Assembly (NCBI GenBank): GCA_019348115.1 | Contig: JAHWKB010000001.1 | Coordinates: 1-51,136, forward strand | Source: Actinomycetota bacterium | GTDB taxonomy: Bacteria; Actinomycetota; Nitriliruptoria; Nitriliruptorales; Nitriliruptoraceae | Direction: 5' to 3' | DNA length: 51,136 nt | In this document: positions 7,425 through 16,121 of the stretch, one piece after another | How the letters are laid out: every line of letters begins with the position of its first letter | Numbering within the stretch: the first letter of the stretch is position 1 | Notes under the pieces: model-generated | What the model was told of the DNA's origin: nothing | Seen by the model: only the letters and a program-made list of their open reading frames with translations | Databases searched by the model: none | Program-made: the position numbers and the translations under genes

Positions 7425-10012
7425 AGGTCCACCGCCAGGGCCGCGGGCAGCTCGTCCCGACCCGCGATGTCGAGCTTGCGGTAGACGCTCGCGAGGTGGT
7501 TGTCGACGGTACGGACCGAGACGACGAGCCGTTCGGCGATCTGGGGGCTCGTGAGGCCGTTCGCGGCCAGCAGCGCGACCTCGTGCTCCCGACGTGTCAG
7601 CGGCGTCACCCGCAGTCCCCGCACCGCCGGGGTCATCGCGCCGGGGCACCGCTGCACCAGCGCCACCGCACGGGCTCGGAGCAGTGGCGCCCGGGACCGG
7701 TCGCCGTCGCCGCCCGCCAACCGGTAGGCCTGCGCGTAGGCCTCCGCCGCCCACAGCGTCACGCCGATGGTGGCGAGCTCCTGCGCGGCGTCCACGAGAC
7801 GGTCCACGTCCTGCTCCGAGAGCGATCGCGCGTGCGCCGCGATCGCCGGGAGGAGCCGGCCCTGGCCCCGTCGGGCAGCCTCCTCGATCACCTCCACCGT
7901 GCCGTCGGGACGGCCGTACCGGACGGCGTGGTAGGCCGTGAAGGCGCCCCAGGTCCAGTGGTCGTGCTCGAGGGCGAACTCGGTCGAGGCGAGGATGAGG
8001 TCCGTGGCGCGCTCGAGCTCGCCGGCGGCGGCGAGCCCCATGGCGGTCGCGCGCTCCTCGAGGAGGCGCCCGCGGACGTCGACGACGGGCTGCGCGGCGC
8101 GCATGCCGTCGAGCAGGCGCTCGACCGCGTCGACGTCGCCGGCGTCCGCCGACGCGCACGCCCCGACGGCGTACGCGAGGGAGCGGACCCCCATGGGGTC
8201 GGCGAGCGTGAGGAGACGGCGTCCCTCCGCCGCGAGCGGCAACGCATCGTCCACGCGGCCGCGCCAGGTGAGGAGGCCTGCGAGCTGGGACGCCCAGACG
8301 CCGGCGAGCTCGTCCGCACCGGACTCGATCGCCGTCCGGTAGCCGCGGCGACCGCGCTCCTCGGCGGCGTCGAGATCGCCGAGGTAGGCGGTCCCCAGCA
8401 TCACGATCCACTCGAGCATGGGTCGGGCCATGGGGTAGTCGCGCTCCACCCGGCCGGCGGGGAGGGACAGACCCTCCGCGCCGATCGCGAGCCCCTCGGC
8501 GAGGTCGCCCCGCAGGACGTGCGCGAAGGCGGCGGAGGTGGCAGCGACGACCTTGGACGCGTCCTCCGCGCCCTCCCGGTCCAGCACGAGCCGGCACAGC
8601 TGGATGGCCTCGTCGAGGTCCCCGCGCATCGACACGAGGAGCGCGAGCGAACCGCGCAGCTGGTCGATGACGTCCTCGTCCTCGACGATGTCGCACGCCT
8701 CCTCGAGCACGGCGATGCCCTCGTCCATGCGACCGAGCCGCAGGAACAGCAGGCGTGACCGCACGCCGGCGACGCGCGCGCGTTCCCAGTCGTTGGAGGC
8801 GAGGTCCGCGGCGGTCGCGAGGTGGACCTCGGCCTCCTCGTTGCGGTGCTGGTGGATCAGCGCGTTCGCCAGGAGGATCTCGGCCTCGATCCCCCCGCCG
8901 GGGAGCGCGGCCCGGGCGAGCCGCTCGGTGAGCTCATGGTCGAAGGTGCTCGCGGTCCGGGTCGCGGCCCGGACGAACAGCGAGTTGTCCGTCACGTCGC
9001 CGGCGTCCAGTCGCCAGATCGCGAGCCGCACGAGGTCGTCCTCGTGCAGGTCCTGGTCGATCATCGTGGCGGACAGCCGCTTCGACAGCGACCGCATCGT
9101 CGCCGGCTCGAGCGCCGCCCGGACGGCCATCCGCGCGCCGGGCGCCGTGAGGCTGTAGCGCTCGGTCTCCGGGTCGAGCATGACGACGGCGCCGCGCTCG
9201 AGCGCCGCGACGACCTCTGGCGGGACGAGCTGGTCGAGGATCTCCGCCTGGAGCGGCTCGCCGAGCGCGATCAGGTGCATGGCCTCCGCGACCTCGGTGG
9301 GGAGGTCCGCGAGGAGCTGGCGGACGAGGTCGACGTACCGGTCCGGCGGCTCGAGCGGGCTGTGACCGACCCACACGCCCTCGACCTCGACGATGGTGCC
9401 CACGGCGACGCCGCCCTCGAGGTACTCGCGCAGGACCAGCGGGTAGCCCCGGGACAGGTCCCAGAGCTCGTGCTGCAGCGCCTCGGACACGTGGCCGCCG
9501 AGCACCTCCGTGACGAGTCGCTCGTGCCGCGGCCGGGTGAGCGGATCGAGGTCGACGCGGGCGAGGTGACCGTCCTTCCAGAGCGTGACGAGCGCGGCCG
9601 GTGCACGGTGGCCGTCCCGCAGGGCCAGGGCGAGCCGGAGCCGTCCCGACACCGCCGCCTCCACCAGCAGCTGCGCGGTCGCGGGGTCGCACCACTGGGC
9701 GTCGTCGATCACGAGGGCCGCGCCGGGTCCGCCGCAGCGCTCGACCAGCTCGTCGAGCCACCGCCGCGGGACCTCCACCGAGGCCGGCGCCAACGACCCC
9801 AGGCACGCGAAGCTGAGCGCGCGGGCGGTGCGTGTCGCGACGACCTGATGGGCGGGCATGTTGTCCGGAAGCCGCCGCGCGAGCTCGCGGAGGAAGCGGG
9901 TCCGCCCGACGTAGGGGGGCCCGACGACGGCGACGCCGCGAGGCGAGGACCCGGTCAGCTGCCGGAGAGCGAACCGGAGCTCCTCCTCGCGACCGGAGAA
10001 CGGCCACGACAT
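7421..10012 (-). CDS. large LuxR-family transcriptional regulator (MalT/LAL-like STAND NTPase + helical repeats + GerE HTH) with Walker A Lys replaced by Arg
   Basis: ORF track, 863 aa. The N-terminal FSGREEEL...GVAVVGPPYVGRTRFL is P-loop-like (GxxxxGRT). Walker B is ALVIDDAQWCDPATAQLL. A long TPR-like helical middle follows. The C-terminal LuxR HTH is LTRREHEVALLAANGLTSPQIAERLVVSVRTVDNHLASVYRKLDI. Confidence 0.85.
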   Translation of the reverse strand: MSWPFSGREEELRFALRQLTGSSPRGVAVVGPPYVGRTRFLRELARRLPDNMPAHQVVATRTARALSFACLGSLAPASVEVPRRWLDELVERCGGPGAALVIDDAQWCDPATAQLLVEAAVSGRLRLALALRDGHRAPAALVTLWKDGHLARVDLDPLTRPRHERLVTEVLGGHVSEALQHELWDLSRGYPLVLREYLEGGVAVGTIVEVEGVWVGHSPLEPPDRYVDLVRQLLADLPTEVAEAMHLIALGEPLQAEILDQLVPPEVVAALERGAVVMLDPETERYSLTAPGARMAVRAALEPATMRSLSKRLSATMIDQDLHEDDLVRLAIWRLDAGDVTDNSLFVRAATRTASTFDHELTERLARAALPGGGIEAEILLANALIHQHRNEEAEVHLATAADLASNDWERARVAGVRSRLLFLRLGRMDEGIAVLEEACDIVEDEDVIDQLRGSLALLVSMRGDLDEAIQLCRLVLDREGAEDASKVVAATSAAFAHVLRGDLAEGLAIGAEGLSLPAGRVERDYPMARPMLEWIVMLGTAYLGDLDAAEERGRRGYRTAIESGADELAGVWASQLAGLLTWRGRVDDALPLAAEGRRLLTLADPMGVRSLAYAVGACASADAGDVDAVERLLDGMRAAQPVVDVRGRLLEERATAMGLAAAGELERATDLILASTEFALEHDHWTWGAFTAYHAVRYGRPDGTVEVIEEAARRGQGRLLPAIAAHARSLSEQDVDRLVDAAQELATIGVTLWAAEAYAQAYRLAGGDGDRSRAPLLRARAVALVQRCPGAMTPAVRGLRVTPLTRREHEVALLAANGLTSPQIAERLVVSVRTVDNHLASVYRKLDIAGRDELPAALAVDL

Positions 10013-10052
10013 GCGGCGACACTAGCGACGCCGGGGCGGCGCGTCCCCGAGT

Positions 10053-10070
10053 TGAGTAGGTACCTACTCA
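10053..10070. promoter_or_regulatory. 18-bp perfect palindrome TGAGTAGGTACCTACTCA, candidate operator upstream of the LuxR regulator
   Basis: Read directly from the sequence: a perfect inverted repeat of 9+9 bp. It is conspicuously AT-rich against the surrounding sequence. Its centre lies ~50 nt upstream of the LuxR ATG (10010-10012, reverse strand). Confidence 0.5.
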
Positions 10071-10204
10071 TCCGCTCGGCGCCTCGAGCATGCAACCTCC
10101 CGACAGCACGGGCGAGGTCCGGCCCGTCCCGGTCCGGGGGGAGCGGGACGAGCGCAGGATCTCCCCGGCGGTGCCGGGCTCCGGGGGGAACTCGGCACCG
10201 CCGT

Positions 10205-10245
10205 GAGCGGCCGAGGTGACCGAACGGGGGGCACCTCGGCCGCTC
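10205..10245 (-). terminator. 14-bp perfect stem-loop in the aceE 3' region
   Basis: gagcggccgaggtg (10205-10218) pairs with cacctcggccgctc (10232-10245) around a 13-nt loop. It lies ~190 nt downstream of the aceE stop and upstream of the LuxR promoter region. There is no U tract. Confidence 0.45.
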
Positions 10246-10437
10246 GCGTGGGACGGCGAACGCCAGCGTTCCACCCGGACCCGGCCCGCCGAGGCAGGCC
10301 GGCCGGACGAGCGGGAGGACCGGTCCCGATGCCGCTGACCGTCGCGACGCCGGTCCGGCCCAGCGGTCGCCGGCGGGACGACGCGTCCTGACCCCGACGA
10401 GCACGCCATCCTGCGCGACGCCCGTCCGGCTCTCGGG

Positions 10438-13215
10438 TCAGAACGTCACGTCGCCGGTGTCGCGGTTGCCCATGAAGGGCCAGCGCTCCGGGTCGAGGTC
10501 GTACTGGTCGATGGCCTTGGCGACGACGTCGGTGTCGATGGTGCCCTCGGCGGCGAGCTCGGCGAGGACGGTGACGGCGATCGACTCGGCGTCGATGCCG
10601 TGGAGGCGCCGGAGCTCCTCGCGGGTGTCGGAGCGGCCGAACCCGTCGGTGCCGAGCACGGCGAACCGCCCGGGGATCCAGTCGGCGATCTGCACGGGGG
10701 TGGCCTTGATCCAGTCCGACACGGCGATGTACGGGCCGTCGGTCCCCTCGAGCACCTGGGTGACGTGCGGGACGCGGGGCTCGTCTGTCCCGGGGTGCAT
10801 CCGGTTCCACGACTCGCACTCGGTGCCGTCGCGCAGGATGCGGTTCCAGCCCGGCGTGGACCACACGTCGGCGCGGACGTCCCAGTCCTCGGCGAGCAGC
10901 TCCTGCGCCCGCAGCGCCTCGTAGATGATGGTGCCGGAGGACAGGATGTGGGCCTCGTGCTGGCCGGTCTCGCCCTGCCGGTAGCGGTAGATCCCGCCGA
11001 TGATGTCCTCGTCGGTGACGTGGTCGGGCATGGCGGGCTGCGAGCGGGGCTCGTTGTAGACGGTGAGGTAGTAGATGACGTCCTCGCCGTCCTCTGCGGT
11101 CTTGGTGCCGTACATGCGCTCGATGCCGTCCTGGACGAGCACCGCGATCTCGTAGGCGAACGACGGGTCGTAGGCCTCGATCGCCGGGTTGGTCTGGGCC
11201 ATCACGAGCGAGTGGCGGTCCTGGTGCTGCAGGCCCTCGCCGTTGAGGGTCGTGCCGCCGGCGGTCGCACCGATGAGGAAGCCACGGGCGCGCTGGTCGG
11301 CGGCGGACCAGATCTGGTCGGCGGTCCGCTGGAACCCGAACATGGAGTAGAAGACGTAGATCGGGATCATCGGCTCGCCGTGGGTGGCGTAGGCGGTCCC
11401 GGCGGCGTGGAAGGTCCCCATCGAGCCGGCCTCGGTGATGCCCTCGTGGATGATCTGGCCGTCCTTGGCCTGCTTGTAGGACAGCAGCAGCTCGCGGTCG
11501 ACCGGCTCGTAGGTCTGCCCGTGCGGGTCGTAGATCTTCAGGGTCGGGAACATCGAGTCCATCCCGAAGGTCCGGGCCTCGTCGGGGATGATCGGGACGA
11601 TGCGCGGGCCGATGCCCTTGCCGTCCTCCCCCTTGTGCTTGAAGAGGTCCTTGAACAGGCGCACGAGCGCCATCGTCGTGGCGACCTCCTGGTTGCCCGA
11701 GCCCTGCTTGAGCTCGCCGTAGAGATCCGGCGCGGGGAGCTGGGGCATGGCGAACTGGACGCGCCGGTCGGGGAGGAAGCCGCCGAGCTGGCGGCGCCGC
11801 TCCATGAGGTACTGCTGCTCCTCGGCACCTTCGTCGAAGGAGATGTACGGCGGCAGGTCGCCCTCGAGCTGCTCGTCGCTGATGTCGAGGTAGAGGCGGT
11901 CGCGGAAGGTCTTCAGCGCCTCGGCCGACAGCTTCTTCATCTGGTGGACCGCGTTGCGGGCCTCGAAGTCGGGTCCCAGGGTCCAGCCCTTGATCGTGTG
12001 GGCGAGGATCACCGTCGGGGAGCCGTGGTGCTCGGTCGCGGCCTTGAAGGCGGCGTAGACCTTGCGGTAGTCGTGGCCGCCTCGTGGCAGGTTCTCGATC
12101 TCCTCGTCGGAGAGGTGCTCCACGAGCCGCTTGAGACGCGGGTCGGTGCCGAAGAAGTCGTCGCGGATGTAGGCGCCGTCCTTGACCGTGTAGGTCTGGA
12201 ACTGGCCGTCCGGGACCTCGTTCATGCGCGCCACGAGGAGGCCGTCGGTGTCGCGGGCGAGGAGGTCGTCCCACGCCCCGCCCCACACGACCTTGATGAC
12301 GTTCCAGCCCGCCCCGCGGAACACGCCCTCGAGCTCCTGCATGATCTTGCCGTTGCCGCGCACGGGACCGTCGAGCTGCTGGAGGTTGCAGTTGACGACG
12401 AACGTGAGGTTGTCGAGACCCTCGCGCGTCGCGACCGTCAGCGCGCCGAGCGTCTCGGGCTCCGCGGTCTCGCCGTCCCCGAGGAAGGCCCACACACGCT
12501 GGTCCGAGGTGTCCTTGAACCCGCGGTTGTGGAGGTAGTGGTTGAAGCGCGCCTGGTAGATCGCGTTCATCGCGGCGAGCCCCATGGAGACCGTCGGGAA
12601 CTCCCAGAAGTCCGGCATGAGCCGTGGGTGCGGGTACGACGACAGCCCGCCGGGCTCGACCTCGCGGCGGAACCGGTCGAGCCGCTCCTCGGGGATCCGA
12701 CCCTCGAGGAACGCGCGGGCGTAGATGCCGGGCGAGCCGTGGCCCTGGATGAACAGCTGGTCGCCACCACCGGGGTGGTCCTTGCCGCGGAAGAAGTGGT
12801 TGAACCCGACCTCGTACAGCGACGCGGAGGAGGCGTAGGTCCCGATGTGGCCGCCGACGCCGTACACGGCGTTCGCACGGTGGACCATCACCGCCGCGTT
12901 CCAGCGGATGTAGGCCCGGATCCGGCGCTCGATGTGCTCGTCACCCGGGAAGCGCGGCTCCCGCTCGGGCGGGATCGTGTTGATGAAGTCGGTCGTCGTC
13001 AGGGACGGGATGCCGATGTTCTGCTGCCGCGCCCGCTCGAGGATCTTCAGGAGCAGGAAGCGTCCCCGCGCCTTGCCGCGCTCGTCGACCACGGCGTCGA
13101 ACGACTCCAGCCACTCCCGCGTCTCGACCTCGTCGATGTCCGGGTACTGGGCCGGGAGACCGTCGGTGATGATCGGCTGGTCGGCGTACATCTGCTGCTC
13201 GCGCATCTCGGCCAC
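10438..13215 (-). CDS. aceE: pyruvate dehydrogenase E1 component, homodimeric type
   Basis: The track ORF is 937 aa. I prefer GTG 13213-13215 ([19 protein letters not shown]...), which is preceded by GGGAG plus a 5-nt spacer. The sequence is colinear with AceE hallmarks: [35 protein letters not shown], and overall length ~925 aa. Confidence 0.92.
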   Translation of the reverse strand: MAEMREQQMYADQPIITDGLPAQYPDIDEVETREWLESFDAVVDERGKARGRFLLLKILERARQQNIGIPSLTTTDFINTIPPEREPRFPGDEHIERRIRAYIRWNAAVMVHRANAVYGVGGHIGTYASSASLYEVGFNHFFRGKDHPGGGDQLFIQGHGSPGIYARAFLEGRIPEERLDRFRREVEPGGLSSYPHPRLMPDFWEFPTVSMGLAAMNAIYQARFNHYLHNRGFKDTSDQRVWAFLGDGETAEPETLGALTVATREGLDNLTFVVNCNLQQLDGPVRGNGKIMQELEGVFRGAGWNVIKVVWGGAWDDLLARDTDGLLVARMNEVPDGQFQTYTVKDGAYIRDDFFGTDPRLKRLVEHLSDEEIENLPRGGHDYRKVYAAFKAATEHHGSPTVILAHTIKGWTLGPDFEARNAVHQMKKLSAEALKTFRDRLYLDISDEQLEGDLPPYISFDEGAEEQQYLMERRRQLGGFLPDRRVQFAMPQLPAPDLYGELKQGSGNQEVATTMALVRLFKDLFKHKGEDGKGIGPRIVPIIPDEARTFGMDSMFPTLKIYDPHGQTYEPVDRELLLSYKQAKDGQIIHEGITEAGSMGTFHAAGTAYATHGEPMIPIYVFYSMFGFQRTADQIWSAADQRARGFLIGATAGGTTLNGEGLQHQDRHSLVMAQTNPAIEAYDPSFAYEIAVLVQDGIERMYGTKTAEDGEDVIYYLTVYNEPRSQPAMPDHVTDEDIIGGIYRYRQGETGQHEAHILSSGTIIYEALRAQELLAEDWDVRADVWSTPGWNRILRDGTECESWNRMHPGTDEPRVPHVTQVLEGTDGPYIAVSDWIKATPVQIADWIPGRFAVLGTDGFGRSDTREELRRLHGIDAESIAVTVLAELAAEGTIDTDVVAKAIDQYDLDPERWPFMGNRDTGDVTF

Positions 13216-13311
13216 GGTGGCTCCCGGTCGGTCGGGGCGTCGAGCCGCCACGGTAACGCCGGGACCGTTAGCGTGTCCGACGTCCGATGCCGCCGACCGC
13301 CGGAGTCCGCG

Positions 13312-13743
13312 ATGCGACGCCTGTCCACCATCCTAATCGCCGCCGTGCTCGTGATCGGTGCGACCGCGTGTGATGGGGGCGAGGCCGAGGAGACGCTGGA
13401 CGCCGTCGGCGAGACCGCCGGCGAGGTCGCCGAGGACGTCGGCGACGCGCTGTCCGAGGCGGCGACCGAGGCGTCCGAGTTCGCCGACCTCGTCGGCTTC
13501 TGCGACGCCGCGCGTCGGGCGAACGAGGCGGTCGAGGCCCGGAACGCCGGCGACGCCCTCGAGGCCGCCGAGGATCTCGCGGCGGAGGCACCGGACGACA
13601 TCCGCGACGCGGCCGAGACCGTCCGTGACGGCGTCGCCGCGTGGCACGACGGGGACGACCAGGCCATCGAGGATGCGGCGTTCACGGACGCACTCGAGGA
13701 CGTCGGGACCTACGTCGACGAGCGCTGCGACCCGCGCGACTGA
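13312..13743 (+). CDS. acidic lipoprotein, hypothetical
   Basis: ATG at 13312. The signal peptide plus lipobox is [20 protein letters not shown]. The mature part is an Ala/Glu/Asp-rich helical protein with two further Cys. It is the only real part of the 1047-aa track ORF 10600-13743. Confidence 0.7.
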   Translation: MRRLSTILIAAVLVIGATACDGGEAEETLDAVGETAGEVAEDVGDALSEAATEASEFADLVGFCDAARRANEAVEARNAGDALEAAEDLAAEAPDDIRDAAETVRDGVAAWHDGDDQAIEDAAFTDALEDVGTYVDERCDPRD

Positions 13744-13747
13744 GCGG

Positions 13748-14065
13748 GTGCCGGCGCACGTCCCCACGCCCCGGCTGCAGGCCGCCGACGTCCCGCCGGC
13801 GGACGCGCCCTGGCCCGAGGTGTCCGCGTTCGGGCACACCTTCCACGCGTACAAGGTGGCGGGGAGCCTGCAGCGGGTCGCCGACCTGACGCTCGCCACC
13901 CATGACACGTGGGCGGACACCGGCACGCTCCCCGACGACGTCGACCGCCTCCGGCTGGCGCTGTTCCACACGGTCCGGGCGACCGGAGGGGACCCGCCCG
14001 ACGCCGACACCGAGCGCTGGGCCCGGGCGCTCGTGGTGGCCATCCACGAGCGCCTCCCGGGCTGA
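13748..14065 (+). CDS. hypothetical protein (105 aa)
   Basis: GTG at 13748, 4 nt after the preceding stop. Third-position GC is high throughout. The product reads VPAHVPTPRLQAADVPPADAPWPEVSAFGHTFHAYKVAGSLQRVADLTLATHDTWADTGTLPDDVDRLRLALFHTVRATGG... I recognise no family. Confidence 0.5.
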   Translation: MPAHVPTPRLQAADVPPADAPWPEVSAFGHTFHAYKVAGSLQRVADLTLATHDTWADTGTLPDDVDRLRLALFHTVRATGGDPPDADTERWARALVVAIHERLPG

Positions 14066-14149
14066 GCCGGCCGGTCCGCTCGTCCGGCCGGGTCCGGGGC
14101 AGCGAGCGCCCCACTAGCCTCGCCCACGACGTCCCCGCGAGGAGTTCGA

Positions 14150-14620
14150 TTGGTCCGGCCCCGGTACAAGCCCGTGACGCCGGATCAGCGCATCCGCGAG
14201 CTCCGCAAGGACTTCCGCTCGCTCCAGAAGGAGGAGGAGTCCGGCCCCGGGCTCGCCGACCGGCTCGCCTCGTTCACCCGCGAGGCGCACCTCGAGCGCC
14301 AGCTCAACATGGCGATGCACACGGCCACGCGCTACTTCGAGGAGGATCCGGAGGCCCCGGAGCTGCTGGTGCAGGCGTACCTGGAGCCCGTCGACGGTCC
14401 CGAGGACCGCCTCCGTGCGTTCGTCGACCTCCGCGACCTGGCGCGCTACGTCGACCGTCCCGAGCTCGCCGAGCGCTGCGACGCGGCCATCGCGAGCGAG
14501 GCCCGGGAGTGGGTGCGCGGCGCCGACGAGGCGGAGCGGCGCCACCGGCTGCGCACGCTCACGTCGATGCTGTCGCGCGAGTTCGCCGACCAGCTGCGCG
14601 ACGAGCTCCGGTTCCTGTGA
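14150..14620 (+). CDS. hypothetical helical protein (156 aa), TTG start
   Basis: The track ORF begins with TTG at 14150, preceded by GAGGAG plus a 5-nt spacer. Composition is charged and helical (RIRELRKDFRSLQKEEE...). Its stop overlaps the GTG of the downstream dehydratase (GTGA at 14617-14620). Confidence 0.6.
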   Translation: MVRPRYKPVTPDQRIRELRKDFRSLQKEEESGPGLADRLASFTREAHLERQLNMAMHTATRYFEEDPEAPELLVQAYLEPVDGPEDRLRAFVDLRDLARYVDRPELAERCDAAIASEAREWVRGADEAERRHRLRTLTSMLSREFADQLRDELRFL

Positions 14621-15594
14621 TCACGGTCGACGACGTCCGGGCCGCGGCGGACCGCCTCGACGGGGTGGCGCACCGGACGCCGGTCGTGACGTCGCGGACC
14701 CTCGACGGGCTCGTCGGGGCGCGCGTGTTCCTCAAGGCCGAGAACCTCCAGCGGGTGGGCGCCTTCAAGTTCCGCGGGGCCTACAACGCCCTCGCGGGTC
14801 TGCCGGACGACCAACGGCGCGCCGGCGTGTTCGCCTTCTCGTCGGGCAACCACGCCCAGGCCGTCGCGCTGTCGGCCCACCTGCTCGGCGTGCCGGCGAC
14901 CATCCTCATGCCCGAGGACGCGCCCCCGCTGAAGCTCGCGGCGACCCGGGGGTACGGGGCCGAGGTGGTGCGCTACGACCGCTACGAGGTCGACCGCGAG
15001 GAGCTCGGCCGGACGATCGCGTCGGAGCGGGGGCTGACGCTCGTGCCGCCGTACGACCACCCGGCGGTCATCGCCGGTCAGGGCACCGCGACACTCGAGC
15101 TCCTCGACCACGCGACCGCGGCGGCCGGCGGGCTCGACACGGTGGTGACACCCGTCGGCGGTGGTGGCCTCCTCGCCGGCGCCACCGTCGTCGCCGCCGC
15201 GCTGGCTCCCGACGCGGAGGTCGTGGGGGTGGAGCCGGAGGTCCGGACCGTCGCACGGGACGCCATCGCGACCGGCGCGCCGGTGACGGCGCCCATCCCG
15301 CGGACGATCGCCGACGGGCAGCAGACCCCTGCCATCGGGCGGCTCCCCCTCGAGGTGTTCCTGCGCGCGGGGACGCGGGTCGTCGGCGTCCCGGACGACG
15401 CGATCGTGCGCACCATGCGGTGGCTGTTCGAGCGCACGAAGCTCGTGGTCGAGCCGTCGGGGGCGGCAGGGCTCGCGGCCATCATGGACGGCCGCATCGA
15501 GGTGGCCGGACGGCGCGTCGGCGTCGTGCTCTCGGGCGGGAACGTCGACGCCGGCGCGTTCGCGCGTCTCGTCACCGACGCGACGCGGGGCTGA
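14617..15594 (+). CDS. PLP-dependent threonine/serine dehydratase family enzyme (no ACT domain)
   Basis: GTG at 14617 (VITVDDVRAAADRL...). PLP-lysine motif is AENLQRVGAFKFRGAYNA. Other motifs are SSGNHAQA and a glycine loop PVGGGGLLAG. At ~325 aa it is the short catabolic/racemase-like form. Confidence 0.85.
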   Translation: MITVDDVRAAADRLDGVAHRTPVVTSRTLDGLVGARVFLKAENLQRVGAFKFRGAYNALAGLPDDQRRAGVFAFSSGNHAQAVALSAHLLGVPATILMPEDAPPLKLAATRGYGAEVVRYDRYEVDREELGRTIASERGLTLVPPYDHPAVIAGQGTATLELLDHATAAAGGLDTVVTPVGGGGLLAGATVVAAALAPDAEVVGVEPEVRTVARDAIATGAPVTAPIPRTIADGQQTPAIGRLPLEVFLRAGTRVVGVPDDAIVRTMRWLFERTKLVVEPSGAAGLAAIMDGRIEVAGRRVGVVLSGGNVDAGAFARLVTDATRG

Positions 15595-15620
15595 CCGCCA
15601 CGACGGGGGTCACGCCGGGA

Positions 15621-15884
15621 TCAGTCGCGGCGGAGGACGTCCCCGAGGCTCGAGCCGGAGGGGCTCGTCAGCGGGTTGGCGGCACGCATGCCGCCGCTGC
15701 TCCGCTCGAGGAGGGCGTAGACCTCGGTCGAGCGGTACCGCCGGTGGCCCCCGAGCGTGCGCAGCGGCGCCAGCTTGCCCGCGGAGGCCCAGCGCGTGAC
15801 CGTCTTCGGGTCCACACCGAACAGCTTCGCGACCTCACCGGGGGTCAGCAGGTCGTCCCGCTCCTGCCCCGCGCCTTCCAACAT
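15621..15884 (-). CDS. bldC: BldC-like small MerR/excisionase-type DNA-binding protein
   Basis: Start at ATG 15882-15884 (MLEGAGQERDDLLTPGEVAKLFGVDPKTVTRWASAGKLAPLRTLGGHRRYRSTEVYALLE). The core is nearly identical to Streptomyces BldC as I recall it (LLTPAEVA..F.VDPKTVTRWAKAGKL..IRTLGGHRRY). Synteny with vdh and purM supports the call. Confidence 0.75.
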   Translation of the reverse strand: MLEGAGQERDDLLTPGEVAKLFGVDPKTVTRWASAGKLAPLRTLGGHRRYRSTEVYALLERSSGGMRAANPLTSPSGSSLGDVLRRD

Positions 15885-16017
15885 GCCCTCCACAGTGGCT
15901 CCTCGCCCTGGCCTCGTCCTACCCCCGCCGACGCGCTCGTCCGAGCCGCCGACATCCCCCAGGAGGCCACCCGAAGCGTGCATCCCGCTCGCCTCTGGCG
16001 GTATGGTCCATCTTGCC

Positions 16018-16037
16018 CGTTCTGCTTGGTCAGAACG
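16018..16037. promoter_or_regulatory. inverted repeat CGTTCTG-N6-CAGAACG upstream of bldC
   Basis: Arms are perfect 7 bp with a 6-nt spacer, in a locally AT-richer stretch ~140 nt upstream of the bldC ATG. A tandem TCATCGTG-G-TCATCGTG follows at 16045-16061. Confidence 0.35.
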
Positions 16038-16121
16038 TCCTAGCTCATCGTGGTCATCGTGTCACCCTGCGCGCGACCATCGGGGCCGGTGGGTGAGAGG
16101 TGACCGTGTGTCGCGGCCACC

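Noticed and set aside
7041-8696. Upstream 550 codons of the 759-aa minus-strand ORF that ends as tdk.
   Set aside because: Thymidine kinase is a ~200-aa protein with a clear ATG and P-loop at 7040. The extension overlaps the LuxR gene in another frame and is Arg/Gly/Pro junk.
7421-10012. Reading the two STAND NTPase proteins (7421-10012 and 41791-44598) as Avs-like antiphage defence sensors.
   Set aside because: Both end in a canonical LuxR/GerE HTH and have no N-terminal effector domain (nuclease, protease, TIR, etc.). They fit the abundant actinobacterial LAL/AfsR-like transcription-regulator class. No other defence genes are nearby.
9955-10409. ORFs in the aceE-LuxR gap (9955-10404 minus, 10068-10409 minus, 10203-10391 plus).
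   Set aside because: The translations are Arg/Gly/Pro/Ser-rich. Third-position bias is weaker than in the neighbouring genes. There is no Shine-Dalgarno sequence or family resemblance, so I treat the region as non-coding.
10600-13311. First ~900 codons of the 1047-aa plus-strand ORF (10600-13743).
   Set aside because: It is antisense to aceE. The composition is Gly/Arg/Val/Asp-rich with no recognisable motifs, as expected for a stop-poor antisense frame in high-GC DNA. Only the last 143 codons (13312-13743) form a credible lipoprotein gene.
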